Positions 50,016 through 62,065 of a DNA stretch of 64,000 bases are shown here, one piece after another. This DNA is from Macrostomum lignano. Lineage: Eukaryota. Numbering within the stretch: position 1 is the first letter of the stretch; the number at the start of each line of letters is the position of its first letter. A model generated the notes under the pieces. It worked only from the letters and a program-made list of their open reading frames with translations. It did not search any database and was not told the origin of the DNA. The stretch covers positions 62,001 to 126,000 of the forward strand of contig NIVC01001009.1 in NCBI GenBank assembly GCA_002269645.1, read 5' to 3'. The translations under genes were made by a program, and so were the position numbers.

Positions 50016-52533
50016 GTAAAGAATCAGTTTCAAGAACACAGGCAAGCATGTAATCGTAATCAATCAGGAACCGGAGAGCTTGTGATTGAAGAGACTAGCC
50101 ATGCACAGTGATAAAAAGGCAATGGGGGTCAGTGCGCAGCTCTTTCAACACAACTGGCAGACAGCAGGTGTTTCCAGTCCAGTCGCCATCTCCCCCCACA
50201 CTCGAATGCCTTGGAGACTCGAATTGGACAGCCACTTCAAATGGCAATCAAAATCTTGGTCCTCCAAGAGGACACACCAGCGCAAACCAACATGAGGCTC
50301 AAAATTTGATGAGGGACCCCCAGATTGCGACATGAACATTGATTTCTCAACATACGCACTCAACCCGGATTTTCTACAATTAAGCCCCGGCTCCATTAAA
50401 ACCCCCATGCCTGGAGTTTATAATCTGGCTAATTATCTTAACCATTGAGGCCCCATAGCAACTACTAGCTCGTACAACTAAGCTATTGAATGACTGCCCG
50501 CCCTCCCCTCTACTCACAAATGAACTGTCCTCTCCACTCGGGTTATCTGGGACAGACTGCACACTGCCTGGGCAAAATTCAATAGGAGCTAAAATTTAGA
50601 ATTCAGAGTGACCAGACGAGCACAGCAGACTGCAGCCACTTAAAACTGGCACTGCCACTTGCAAATTCTATATAAGTTTATTAAGTGTATGATCATATTC
50701 TTTATGACAGATCAAGTCTTGCATGTAAAGGATATTAATCGCTCTACCCACAGTATAGACAGCTGTCCGCTAATACTCGTACTGTTAAGCTGAATTACAA
50801 ATAAGCTTAGATCAATGCTCAGGAAGCGTTTTTTACTTTACAAGATTATCTATTAGCGTTATTTCGAAACTTAGCTTTACCAGCTACTACTAGTTAGTAG
50901 CCATACTATCCGGGCTATATCAAGAACCTAGAACCAGTAAATGATGGAGTACAGCATCCCCAAATCCTCGTTTCCAGTGTCAACTGTCAAAAATGCTTTG
51001 GTGCAACCGAAGTAAGGATGAATTCAGTTAAAATTTAGTTAAATTCAATATACTAAAACTGACGCGATGTTTGTCTTGACACTATATAGTCTATATTTCG
51101 TATGTCAACTGAAAACCTGCAGTCAGTCAGTCTAAGCTGTCTGAAAACGAGGGCTTGGAAAAGAGTTGGCACTCCAGGTTCTGGTCTTAGATCTCCTTAG
51201 CCCTTAGCCATTTTACTGAAATAAACATACTTGAGAATGCGAACTCCGATCCCAGCCCGCATATTTTAGCGTGTCCCCTATTATCAGATACACCAAACCC
51301 ACCCCGAGACCCTGTCAATATAGTCCAAATAATAACTATACTCAGAGACTACTATATCAGCAAGTGCAGCTAAATACTCGTACATATGCATATGATATGC
51401 CAAGCATGTATATGAGCCTAACAGGTTTGTACATGTTTGTACGAAGCAGGTTGAAACAGCTTGCATGCGCTGTGAGTCTTACAGTATAGCTCTTGCAGTT
51501 ATCTACATTTGTTACTACGAGTATATTATTCATAATTACTACCATCAAAATAGTATTAGCGACCTGTAAGATTAAATATTACTTAACACTTAAAATGACA
51601 CCTATATGCACCGGATTGTGTATGATATGAAAACACCTATGCAAGGTGGATGAACTTATAAATCGAATCAAAATATGCTAAATACAATAAACAATGTCCG
51701 TGTCATTCTCGAGAGAACTTTTTTTGGGCAGCCAACTTAGCATTTTGACAAACTACTTTCCTCTGGACCGATCGTTCTCATAGTGCTACTAACAGTAGCA
51801 TACTTGGGCTAATATGTAGTCTATTGTAAGTGTGGGAAATACTTAAGTGCCAGTGTGAGCTTATTTACAATCAAGCAGATGCTCAAAGATAGTGACAGGT
51901 TTTTCTCCGCAACAAGAAGGCGGCTACTATGCAGAGAGAAAGTCGACAATAGCGGACGAAAAAATTCAATTCCTGCGATCTGATCAAATATTCCTTGTTT
52001 TATCAGAGCTCCTGCCTGCATTGTATTTGTGCCACTGATTTTCTCGAAACCGATTCTTTCCTTACAGAGAAATCACTTGTCAAGCAAATCATATAGCTTT
52101 TTTCGGGTTATTTTACTCATATTACCGACGCGTAGTGGGTTAGTTATGTAATAAAATTCATAAACAGAAGAGATATAAATCAGGTTAAAGTCACGAAGTG
52201 ATTTTATACCAGTGTGCTTATCATTCTGTCTAGAACAATGAGAAAACGCACTTGAACGAGAAAAAGATAGAAGAGAATTTTGTGCACGTTTAGCTTGTAG
52301 GAAACACACTTGACAGGCTTGTCTCAAAAAAGAAAAGACGATTCCTAGAAAGGGCAATAAAGGGGTGATTCCTAGAAAAGGGAATGAAGAGCAGATTTTC
52401 CGGAAGATAACGAAAGCTAATAATTAGACAATAAAACTAAACGGCGATTCTTGTAGCAGTTTGGACAAACAATCTGCAAAGACGCGGATTTGATACTAAA
52501 TAGAATAAAATGGGTTTCCAGTCTAGGAGCCTA

Positions 52534-52643
52534 CTACATCCGGCCGACAGTCCGGATGCCGAGGATGTCTAAGCCAGCCTTCATGATTTTGGCCGTGGCG
52601 TCGCACAGCAGGATGCGCCAGTGATTCACGCGGATCACCTCGC
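52534..52643 (-). CDS. RARS1: Arginyl-tRNA synthetase, cytoplasmic, exon 6
   Basis: ccttgcAG|GC GAG GTG... (G)EVIRVNHWRILLCDATAKIMKAGLDILGIRTVGRM*, the typical ArgRS C-terminus. Confidence 0.95.
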
Positions 52644-52844
52644 CTGCAAGGGGGTCGGGAGGGACGACTTGCTTTAATACGTTCGTCTATCGACCGTACT
52701 CGTACATGCAAATGTACAAAGACGTTTGGAAAGTCTGAGAGATACCATAGTAAACTTATACGGACAAAGGAAATGGACCGACAGACGGACAGACAAAGAA
52801 AAAAATACAGATAAGAGAGCGAGGGATAAGATAGACATACATAC

Positions 52845-53110
52845 AGACAGGCAGATACCCAGACAGACACTAAGACAGACGATAGACAGACATACAGACA
52901 GACAGACAGATAGACAGACATACAGACAGACAAACAGACAGACCGACAGACAGACAGTCAGACAGACAGACAGACAGACAGACAGAGGGACAGAAAAAAA
53001 ACAGACAGGCAGACACCCAGACACAGACAGGCAGGCAGACAGACAGACAGACAGAGGGACAGAAAAACAGACAGACAGACAGACAGACACCCAGACACAG
53101 ACAGGCAGGC

Positions 53111-53163
<53 letters not shown>

Positions 53164-53628
53164 CCCAGACACAGACAGGCAGGCAGACAGACAGACAGAC
53201 AGAGGGACAGAAAAACATACAGACAGACAGGCAGACACCCAGACACAGACAGGCAGGCAGACAGACAGACAGACAGAGGGACAGAAAAACAGACAGACAG
53301 ACAGGCAGACACCCAGACACAGACAGGCAGGCAGACAGACAGACAGACAGAGGGACAGAAAAACAGACAGACAGACAGGCAGACACCCAGACACAGACAG
53401 GCAGGCAGACAGACAGACAGACAGAGGGACAGAAAAACAGACAGACAGACAGGCAGACACCCAGACACAGACAGGCAGGCAGACAGACAGACAGACAGAG
53501 GGACAGAAAAACAGACAGACAGACAGGCAGACACCCAGACACAGACAGGCAGACAGACAGACAGACAGACAGAGGGACAGAAAAACAGACAGACAGACAG
53601 GCAGACACCCAGACACAGACAGGCAGGC

Positions 53629-53663
<35 letters not shown>

Positions 53664-53828
53664 GGGACAGAAAAACAGACAGACAGACAGGCAGACACCC
53701 AGACACAGACAGGCAGGCAGACAGACAGACAGACAGAGGGACAGAAAAACAGACAGACAGACAGACAGACACCCAGACACAGACAGGCAGGCAGACAGAC
53801 AGACAGACAGACAGACAGGCAGACACCC

Positions 53829-53869
<41 letters not shown>

Positions 53870-53900
53870 CCCAGACACAGACAGGCAGGCAGACAGACAG
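52845..53900. repeat. (GACA)n-based composite repeat filling most of RARS intron 5
   Basis: GACA runs punctuated by GAGGGACAGAAAAACA and GGCAGACACCCAGACACA blocks. Confidence 0.97.
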
Positions 53901-53909
53901 AGAGCTCAC

Positions 53910-54534
53910 CAGAGTCGCGGTTCTTCTCAATGCAGTAGCAGGCATCGTAGAACTCAGTGAAGACGCAGGCGGTCTCATACAGAAAGTCGCACAGCGAGTG
54001 CAGCAGCAAGTCCTGGGTCAGTTTATCAACAACGTCGGCAAATCGAAGCAGCTGTTTAGCCAATTTCCACTCTTTTGGATGCTGCAGCTCGGTGATGCCG
54101 GGACTTTTAGCCAGTTTGAGCAGCTGATCGGGACTGAGATTGGCGGTCCTGGCAATGGAGCTGATCCTAGTATAGGCGTACAGCAGGTAAACGGCTGTGT
54201 TGCCTCGATCGTCCAGCATCTTATCAAATGAGAACACGTAGTCATTGTTGCGATTGTGCGACAAATCAGCGTATTTAATGCAGCCATATGCTACAGCCTC
54301 TTGGGCGGCCTTGAGCTCCTGAGGCGTCAGCTCCTTGTCCCGGCCTTTCTCTGCCAGCTTTGCGCCAGCCCGCTCGATACCCTCGTTCAGCAGGTCGGTC
54401 AGGCGGACTGTGTCGCCGCTGCGGGTTTTGAATTTCTTGCGATCTTCGCCGAGTACGACGCCGAAACCGACGTGGTCGACGCGGGCAACGGCCGGATTGA
54501 GCCAGCCGGCCTTCTCGGCAGCTGAGAATATGCC
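53910..54534 (-). CDS. RARS1: Arginyl-tRNA synthetase, exon 5
   Basis: ttccccAG|[11 protein letters not shown]...[20 protein letters not shown] (KMSKS-equivalent)...[37 protein letters not shown]...RDS G|GTGAGC; 625 nt. Confidence 0.97.
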
Positions 54535-55712
54535 CTGGGGAATGGTTCACGGCTAAGAGAGTTGCATGTACGTTGGGGGGGGTAGCTTGGGGCTGTGGCA
54601 AAAAAGTAGAGTGAAAAGAAAGGGAGATGGGAAAGAAGGAAATTATAGATGGGAAGAATACATGGGAAGCATGCCCTGATCGCGTGAGTCTGCTAGACGA
54701 AGTTCCTGTCACGAAGGATAACAGAGGGTTGAATAGAAGCCGGTTGAAGGACGCACAACATTACTAAATCGGGATCCGGCGACCAGAGGATATCTTGCAT
54801 CGTTGGCGTGCTTGACGGCATTAAGTCGCAACAGTGGTTCAGTTCTACTGCCACGACGGTGCAGCCGCCGCCCCAACTGATGCGTGTTCAACGGCCGTTG
54901 GATGGATCGACAAGAAGAGTCAACCCCGACGTCACTATCTTGGCGACCGGCATGCAGATCAATTTTCCTGCGCTAAGAGGCGATCCGTCTCAATAGCGGA
55001 GCAGTGTTTCGGCTCGAAGGCCAAGACTCGTCTCCCCACAGCAGAAGACGGTGAGGGAAATTTGTGGTGCATCTGGCAGGAAGACCGGAGCACGATCTAT
55101 GCATACAATGGACATGCCAGTCAAGCTACTTGAGATAGTTCACGAGGACTGCATGCCCGTTTTCAAGGTGGCGGACTTCGAGGCTGACCCCCTCCCTTAG
55201 AGCAAGCAGCGCGAACTGACGAATGGTAGCGACCCGGCTGGAGGAGTCCAACATTATTATACTCATGGCTGGTATTCTCAAGCACGTAACTGCACGTTTC
55301 AACTTTCAACTATACTTCGAGGTGTCGAAGTTTTTTTAACCACGGAGGGATGTGAGCTGCAAAGGGCGGCTGCACCTAAAGCTAGCTGCGTAGTATGCAC
55401 TTCGTTCTATGTAGCCTATAAGAGTTTTGGTTCCCACGCGCATGTTCTTCAGTGTTTTAAATAAAAAGGAGACAGTGAAGGCGTTGGTTTCACTTTTCTC
55501 TCGCCCGCATCTGCGGGCCCAAAGGCATAGCCATTGCCTTGGCTGGGCTGTAGCTAGAACCGCAGCAGCCTGGGCCCAGAAATACCGTGCTTCGAGTTCA
55601 ATTCTTTGTTATCCGACGTGAGCAGAAGGCGCAGGCAGGACCCAAAATCCTACCTGTTACAGAGGCTACAATGGGCAGAGTAATAATAAAGGAGAGCCTT
55701 TAAGCTGCGCAC

Positions 55713-56006
55713 CTTAAAATGCACTCCCTGTCCAATATCAACAACGTAGATCAGCCAATCAGCGGACTCGGCAAACAGTCGCTGTCTAATAGCGGCCAGA
55801 TCGGAGGTGTCGTAGGTGAAGCCGCCGTCAGATTTCACCACAGTGAGGGGGATGTCGCATCCAGGCGGCCACATGATGAGGCGGCCCTCGTCCGGCACCA
55901 GATGACCGCCGCTTTTCAATTCGTCGACAACTTCGGTCATGAGGTCCTGGTAGAATGATTCACCGCGTTCAACCAGATTCTCAACGCCGAGACGGTTGTA
56001 CACTCG
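55713..56006 (-). CDS. RARS1: Arginyl-tRNA synthetase, exon 4
   Basis: tttccAG|[15 protein letters not shown]...[31 protein letters not shown]|GTGCGC; 294 nt. Confidence 0.97.
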
Positions 56007-56415
56007 CTGGAAATAAATAGGGAGCATGGCAGAAATTACGTATTAGCAAATTTTGCCATTCTGAATTTGGACCCCGGCTGCCAAATTGGCACTCAGCTGT
56101 AAAACTTTCCGCCAGCTCCTTTGTCCAGTTAAACAGACGCTTGTCCGCTTTTAGTTCTGAGCTGTCGGTGCTAAACAAAAAGCGGTGTGCCAGGGCACCT
56201 CGAGTACCACAGTATCATGCAAGATGACCCACTAAGGACGATATGCAATGGATGATAACAGCTTGTGCAGCCATATAAGCGTATGTTTGTGAGCAGTCCT
56301 GCCGCTCAATGGGATCGCACGATGGGCGCTGCGCTGTTTGCATTTTACGCGTTGCAGGCTTTACTGCAATATTTCAAGAAACTTAAAAAGGAAACTCCAT
56401 AGCAACACGGCTTAC

Positions 56416-56565
56416 CTGAAAGTCTTTCCTACTAGCATCGCAGATTAGTTTCCATGCGGCGGTGGAATCCGGATCCCTGCGCTGCAAGGACACCACGGCG
56501 GCGTAGGCGCGCTGTTTGAATTGCTCATCGGAGTCGAATCGAACCTTGGACTCCTTGTAGAAGGC
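56416..56565 (-). CDS. RARS1: Arginyl-tRNA synthetase, exon 3
   Basis: atcgcAG|[28 protein letters not shown]...[10 protein letters not shown]|GTAAGC; 150 nt. Confidence 0.96.
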
Positions 56566-56614
56566 CTGCGATAAGTGATGATTTCATTAACTTGCGGTTA
56601 ACAATTATCGGCAT

Positions 56615-56947
56615 CTGGGTTTTTTTCGTCCGAAATCTCAAAATCTAGTTGCCAATTGCCATCCTTAGTTGCCAATTGGCAACTGACCTATTTCAGTGTC
56701 CTACTTTATAAAGTTGTTTTTGCAACAATTTTCACGCATTCACAAAAAAATAATATGCTCAAATCAGCTCAGGCTTCAGGTTTTCAGCCAAGCCAATCTT
56801 AGCAGTATTAAATGTGACAGACTGTTTTATCATTGGCAACTGCCTTGGTTCAAGTTGGTTGCCAGATTGGCCTCTGATGCCACAAATCCAGCTGCCAATG
56901 GCTTTTTTGGGTAGCCAGTGGCTACCGTATGGCCTAAAAAAACCCAG
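56615..56947. mobile_element. 333-bp MITE with 8-bp TSD in RARS intron 2
   Basis: TIR CTGGGTTTTTTT / AAAAAAACCCAG; TSD ATCGGCAT (56607-56614, 56948-56955); internal TTGCCAA/TTGGCAA motifs. Confidence 0.85.
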
Positions 56948-57002
56948 ATCGGCATGGCATTGTAGATGAATAGGGAGTTAGAGCTGGCCAAGCATGACCA
57001 GT

Positions 57003-57312
57003 AAAGGGCCTATCAACTTGAGCTCATAAAGCGGAGCCCGAGTAACCTATGTACACAAATGATAGGTCATTCTTCTCGCAGTGGATAGGGGTGACTTGGG
57101 ATAGGGGTGAACAAGCAAGGCCAAGGGGACAATTAGGACTCTACCTTATGAGCTTAAGTTGGCATAATAGTCCCTAAATTATTTACAAGTCCAATTTTCG
57201 TTGCTTTTTGCCAAACCCAGATTCTTGGTGTCACTGTGAGCAGAATGACGCATCATTTATATACATAGGTTACTCGGGCTCCACTTTATGAGCTTAAGTT
57301 GACAGGCCCTTT
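57003..57312. mobile_element. About 310-bp MITE with about 50-bp TIRs (GGGCC termini, Harbinger-like) in RARS intron 2
   Basis: 57006-57053 versus the reverse complement of 57262-57309: 45/48 identity. TSD not resolved. Confidence 0.8.
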
Positions 57313-57510
57313 GTAATTTTATCGCTCAATAAATTTCTATCTATTGACAATATTAATGCTACACTACTACAACTAATGATTTACGAGATTAACTTTTTCA
57401 TAATAAATATCATTAATAACAACTATCTACTTTATACAACTAAAATTCTTCAACTGCTACTAATACTACTACTAGCATTAATAATCATGCAGCAGCTACA
57501 ATTTGCTCAC

Positions 57511-58128
57511 CTGCAGATCCCCAATAGGCGGACACTTGGTCGCATAATCCGGGAATCGGTCCTTCAGGTGTGCAATCAGCATACCGAACTGGGTGCCCCA
57601 ATCGCCAACGTGATTCAAAGCCAACACTTCATGGCCTAAAAAACGGCACAGTCGAGCTACGCTATCACCAATAATAGTTGACCTTAGATGACCCACGTGC
57701 ATCTGCTTAGCAATGTTAGGCGACGAATAATCCACAATAACACGACGCTTCCGGTCCACGGGCGGCGGACGGACGCCGTGCACCAGCAGCCGGTTCAGCT
57801 CCTCAATAACCGGCTGCCGACGAAGCGAAATGTTGATGAAGCCGGGACCGGCGATCTCGGTTTTCTCAATCAGATCGCCAGCTTCCAGCTTGTCAACTAT
57901 CGCCGCGGCAACCTGCCTTGGCTGCAGCTTGACCGCTTTAGCTAGCGACATTGCGTTACTGCACTGATAGTCGCCAAATTCTTCTTTAGCGCTCGATGTC
58001 AGCTGTACTTTAACCACCGTTGCCGCTTCCGGATAAGCGGCCCGAATCGCCGCTTGAAGATGGGCACTCAGCGCCGCCTGTACGCTGATCATGCGGTCCA
58101 GGGGCTTGGCTCGCTCCTTTGCTATGCT
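57511..58128 (-). CDS. RARS1: Arginyl-tRNA synthetase, exon 2
   Basis: cccgcAG|[17 protein letters not shown]...[43 protein letters not shown] (HIGH motif)..[18 protein letters not shown]|GTGAGC; 618 nt. Confidence 0.97.
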
Positions 58129-58221
58129 CTGCGGGTTTCGGGTTCACCTAAACTGTGCTCATATTGTCTGGCAACTGTCTGTCTACCAGCTGTAAACTAA
58201 CCTCGTCCTCGACTGCTTTCA

Positions 58222-58941
58222 CCTGAACAGACTGGACTACTCTACCAGACTCCTAACATACTGAACTACTCTACCAGACTCCTAACAGACTGGACTACTC
58301 TACCAGAATCCTAACATACTGAACTACTCTACCAGACTCCTAACATACTGAACTACTCTACCAGACTCCTAACAGACTGAACTACTCTACCAGACTCCTA
58401 ACAGACTGAACTACTCTACCAGACTCCTAACAGACTGAACTACTCTACCAGACTCCTAACATACTGAACTACTCTACCAGACTCCTAACAGACTGAACTA
58501 CTCTACCAGACTCCTAACAGACTGAACTACTCTACCAGACTCCTAACAGACTGAACTACTCTACCAGACTCCTAACATACTGAACTACTCTACCAGACTC
58601 CTAACAGACTGAACTACTCTACCAGACTTCTAACAGACTGAACTACTCTACCAGACTCCTAACAGACTGAACTACTCTACCAGACTCCTAACAGACTGAA
58701 CTACTCTACCAGACTCCTAACAGACTGGACTACTCTACCAGACTCCTAACAGACTGGACTACTCTACCAGACTCCTAACAGACTGAACTACTCTACCAGA
58801 CTCCTAACAGACTGAATTACTCTACCAGACTCCTAACAGACTGGACTACTCTACCAGACTCCTAACAGACTGAACTACTCTACCAGACTCCTAACAGACT
58901 GGACTACTCTACCAGACTCCTAACAGACTGGACTACTCTAC
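58222..58941. repeat. 29-bp minisatellite ACTACTCTACCAGACTCCTAACAGACTGA in RARS intron 1
   Basis: Seen directly. Confidence 0.97.
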
Positions 58942-58989
58942 GAGGCTCATACTACTAGCCATTAGCCAAAGAATAATTTCTGCTCTCAC

Positions 58990-59130
58990 CATTTTTAATT
59001 GCTGGACTCTGTAGCGACACTTTAAATTTTCATCAACCAGTTTTTCCAGCTCAGGATCATCACTCAAGTCAAGCTGCTGGTAAATCTTTTCAACTTCGTG
59101 CTCCAGTTGATCGATTTCTGCGTCCATCAT
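58990..59130 (-). CDS. RARS1: Arginyl-tRNA synthetase, exon 1 (metazoan N-terminal helical/leucine-zipper extension)
   Basis: MMDAEIDQLEHEVEKIYQQLDLSDDPELEKLVDENLKCRYRVQQLKM|GTGAGA. ENxKLKYR-like motif of the multisynthetase-complex extension. Six exons total 1938 nt, 645 aa, all in phase. Confidence 0.9.
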
Positions 59131-59880
59131 AAACAGAAAAATGCATAATGAACAAAAATACAACTGTTTTATTTCTAAATAGAATAAAGGAAATTTAAGA
59201 CGCATAAATCTTGAGTTAGGAATACTTATAAACATGGCATCTATTTATGAGACTAGCATTAGAGCATGTCATGTCCAAGAATATCAAAACTGCCTTTCAA
59301 TGGTTAACCAATTATTAAAATCATCTGCACCAATGCTATTATTTTTTCATTTCTAATTTCCCTCCTATTTTACCCACTGAGGCCTTAGCTTTGGCTTCTT
59401 AAGAAAAGAAATATGCATGGCTGAATGCTTGAAACCTATGGAATAGTGACTAAATTGGATAAGATATGGGAGGGAAATATTTGGCAATAATGCAGTTATC
59501 CTATTATTTTATCAATATGCTGTTTTGTAAGGTTAAATATTATTATTCATAGTATATATTTTCAATTAAATCTTCTTTATATATTTTGCCATCCTAAATG
59601 AATAAAAATCAATAGACTTAATATGCACCTTGAAATGCAAATTGACACATCTAAAAAATCAGACCATCATTTAGGGTTGCAAATGCAGCAATATGATGGC
59701 ATGATAAACAGAAGGTGTAGAACTGGCAAGATCCCTTGTTTGGTCATTAATGTTTAGTCATATAATATATTATTTTTAAGGTAAAATAAGTCTAGGGTTT
59801 ATTAAAAATTTATGAAAGCTTCAACTAGCATTCTGATTACTTTAAAGTATACATGTAACTGACATATACATGTAGGTTGG

Positions 59881-60230
59881 AATTTGCCAAGCACCAAAGA
59901 TGCACAATTGGCATATATGCAATGGATAATGAATAAAGGTTATCTCTAAGAGCACATTATATATGCAAATGAATATGGACTCAACCTATGGACTTTATGG
60001 TCTAAGGGATAGACAACTATTAATGATTAGGCTATGTGCATTACTGATGGCTATTGGCTAGTATAGTCCTAATGTGACCATTGTTTTTACTGAGTCCTCA
60101 ACTTTGGTTCGTTACATATACCATGTCAACAGATTTACAAAAGAATATTTTGCTATTTTGCTTGAAAGCATCTATTTCCCTATTGTAGCCATGCCAGATA
60201 CCATCTTTTTCTATGCCAGACTATGCTACA
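59881..60230 (+). pseudogene. Degenerate IS630/Tc1-like DDE transposase fragment
   Basis: NLPSTKDAQLAYMQW..HIIYANEYGLNLWTLWSKG..(frameshift)..PNVTIVFTES..FTKEYFAILL..TIFFYARLCY follows the IYxDExGFNLWTxRxxG..NVT..F..FL..DNAxxH pattern. Confidence 0.65.
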
Positions 60231-62065
60231 CCTTGCCTATACTGCTAGGGGCCAATCTACAATAGACAGTGTTTGCAATAATGGCTATTGGCTGCAATAA
60301 AGGATCTGTATTAGTTGACATTAAGGGCTAAACAATATCAAATTTATAAGATTTTTAAGACTTGGGTTCTATACTTTTGAGATAAAATGAAATTCAACCA
60401 AGATTTAAGATCAAGCCTAATTAGCATCTACAAGCTAATGGGCCTATTTATACTATTCTATCTATATATCCATGTTAATATTTTTATTTGGTAAATGCAT
60501 TGCTGAGACATTGCTCAATGACACATGATATTACCCTTTACCATGAAACATCTTTGCCTAATGACTGATGCATGAACTTTACTTCTAATTAATTATTTAT
60601 CTGTTTAAAAAAGACTTGATTCATTGAAGATAAGATCTAAAGTTACTAGTGAAAAAATTGATCTAAGGTTCTTTGATATAGCTTATAAGCTGAAGCTGAT
60701 TATATAGATTTTGGCTATCTTTGATAGATTTGAAGTCATTTTTGACAGTCTTGAAATAGAAATGTATAATTATATTTGCTGCTATTGAATGCTGCTATTT
60801 TTCATATAGCTGCTTGTGAACTCTAAAACAATGGAACATATAGCAAAGCATAAACTGTTCAGTTGTTTTAGAATTCATTAGTAGCTATATGAAAAATACA
60901 ACTAGAAGTTTGATAGATATTGATTTTTGAAGTTTTGTTCTATCTATTATGGTTCAAAAGTTACAAGTGCTTAAAGTTTAAAAACATAATGGGACCCTTT
61001 CATGGAATGACCTCGATATCATTTCAATTATTTACATTTATCCTAGTTAATACCTTTAGAAAAACCACTCCTCCAATTTAGCCTTGAATTATAAAAACTT
61101 TGCAGCAACTAACTTTAAATATCTATCTATTATATGCCTTACACTGATATTTTATAATGTATACTACATGCCAATTATGCATGCTCACAACTACACTTTC
61201 CTTCATTTGCACACAGAAAATTTTAAATGCATACTATATTGTTGCAACTGCAATTAGCATTGGTATGCACTTAGGCCCTATTTAGTGTCAGTGTCTATTT
61301 ACTTGGCATTAGTATACATTGATTTAAAGCATTCTAGCATGCACTCAACATGATCTGGACTATGGCTTTTTAAGTTTTTGAAAAAATTGAAGGAAAAAAT
61401 TAAATAATGCTACATTAAAAATTAAATATTTGAAATAATTATTGAAGAAAAAAGTAGATTCTATAATTTCAAGTTACCAACTCAGAGATTCTAATATATA
61501 CAATATTTGGTCTATAATAGGCCCCAATAAGATATCTTTGAGTCTACTTTGGTATGGTATATGTATCTAAACCCTAGCATATCTAGAAATAAAAATAGAT
61601 CAGTTATGCATATTAGCATGTATACATAAGTCTGCATCAATCCAAATCTCTTGAAGTATGTGAGAATATAATGTATCTCAATAATTTTAGCTATTCTTTC
61701 TTTAAAGTTTGTTTACATATTCTTTTGGAGCATATCATATTAACATTTTTATTCTCACTTGTTCAAGAAGTGGCTATTATCAAAATGGTTATCATTTGTT
61801 ACTAAAGTGGACTGTTACTATTATATCACTGGCAACTTTGGCAGGAAAATTTCAAATTTATAATTAGGCCCTATATAATTTATAGATATATGCACTACAC
61901 ATACTAAATTAAAAATAGCAGGCCCATTTTTCTAAATATAATACAATTTAGCTACTGTACAAATAAGAAAAGCATTATTATCAGTGGCATATAGATAATA
62001 TTTTATTGAAGAGCTAGTATGCATGGTAGGGTAAAGGACCAAGACTACCACACTTGGGGTAGCTA

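Noticed and set aside
52870-54264. 464-aa ORF as an alternative RARS C-terminus
   Set aside because: Read-through of the exon 5 donor (G|GTGAGC) into the (GACA)n intron. The true exon 6 is present and in phase.
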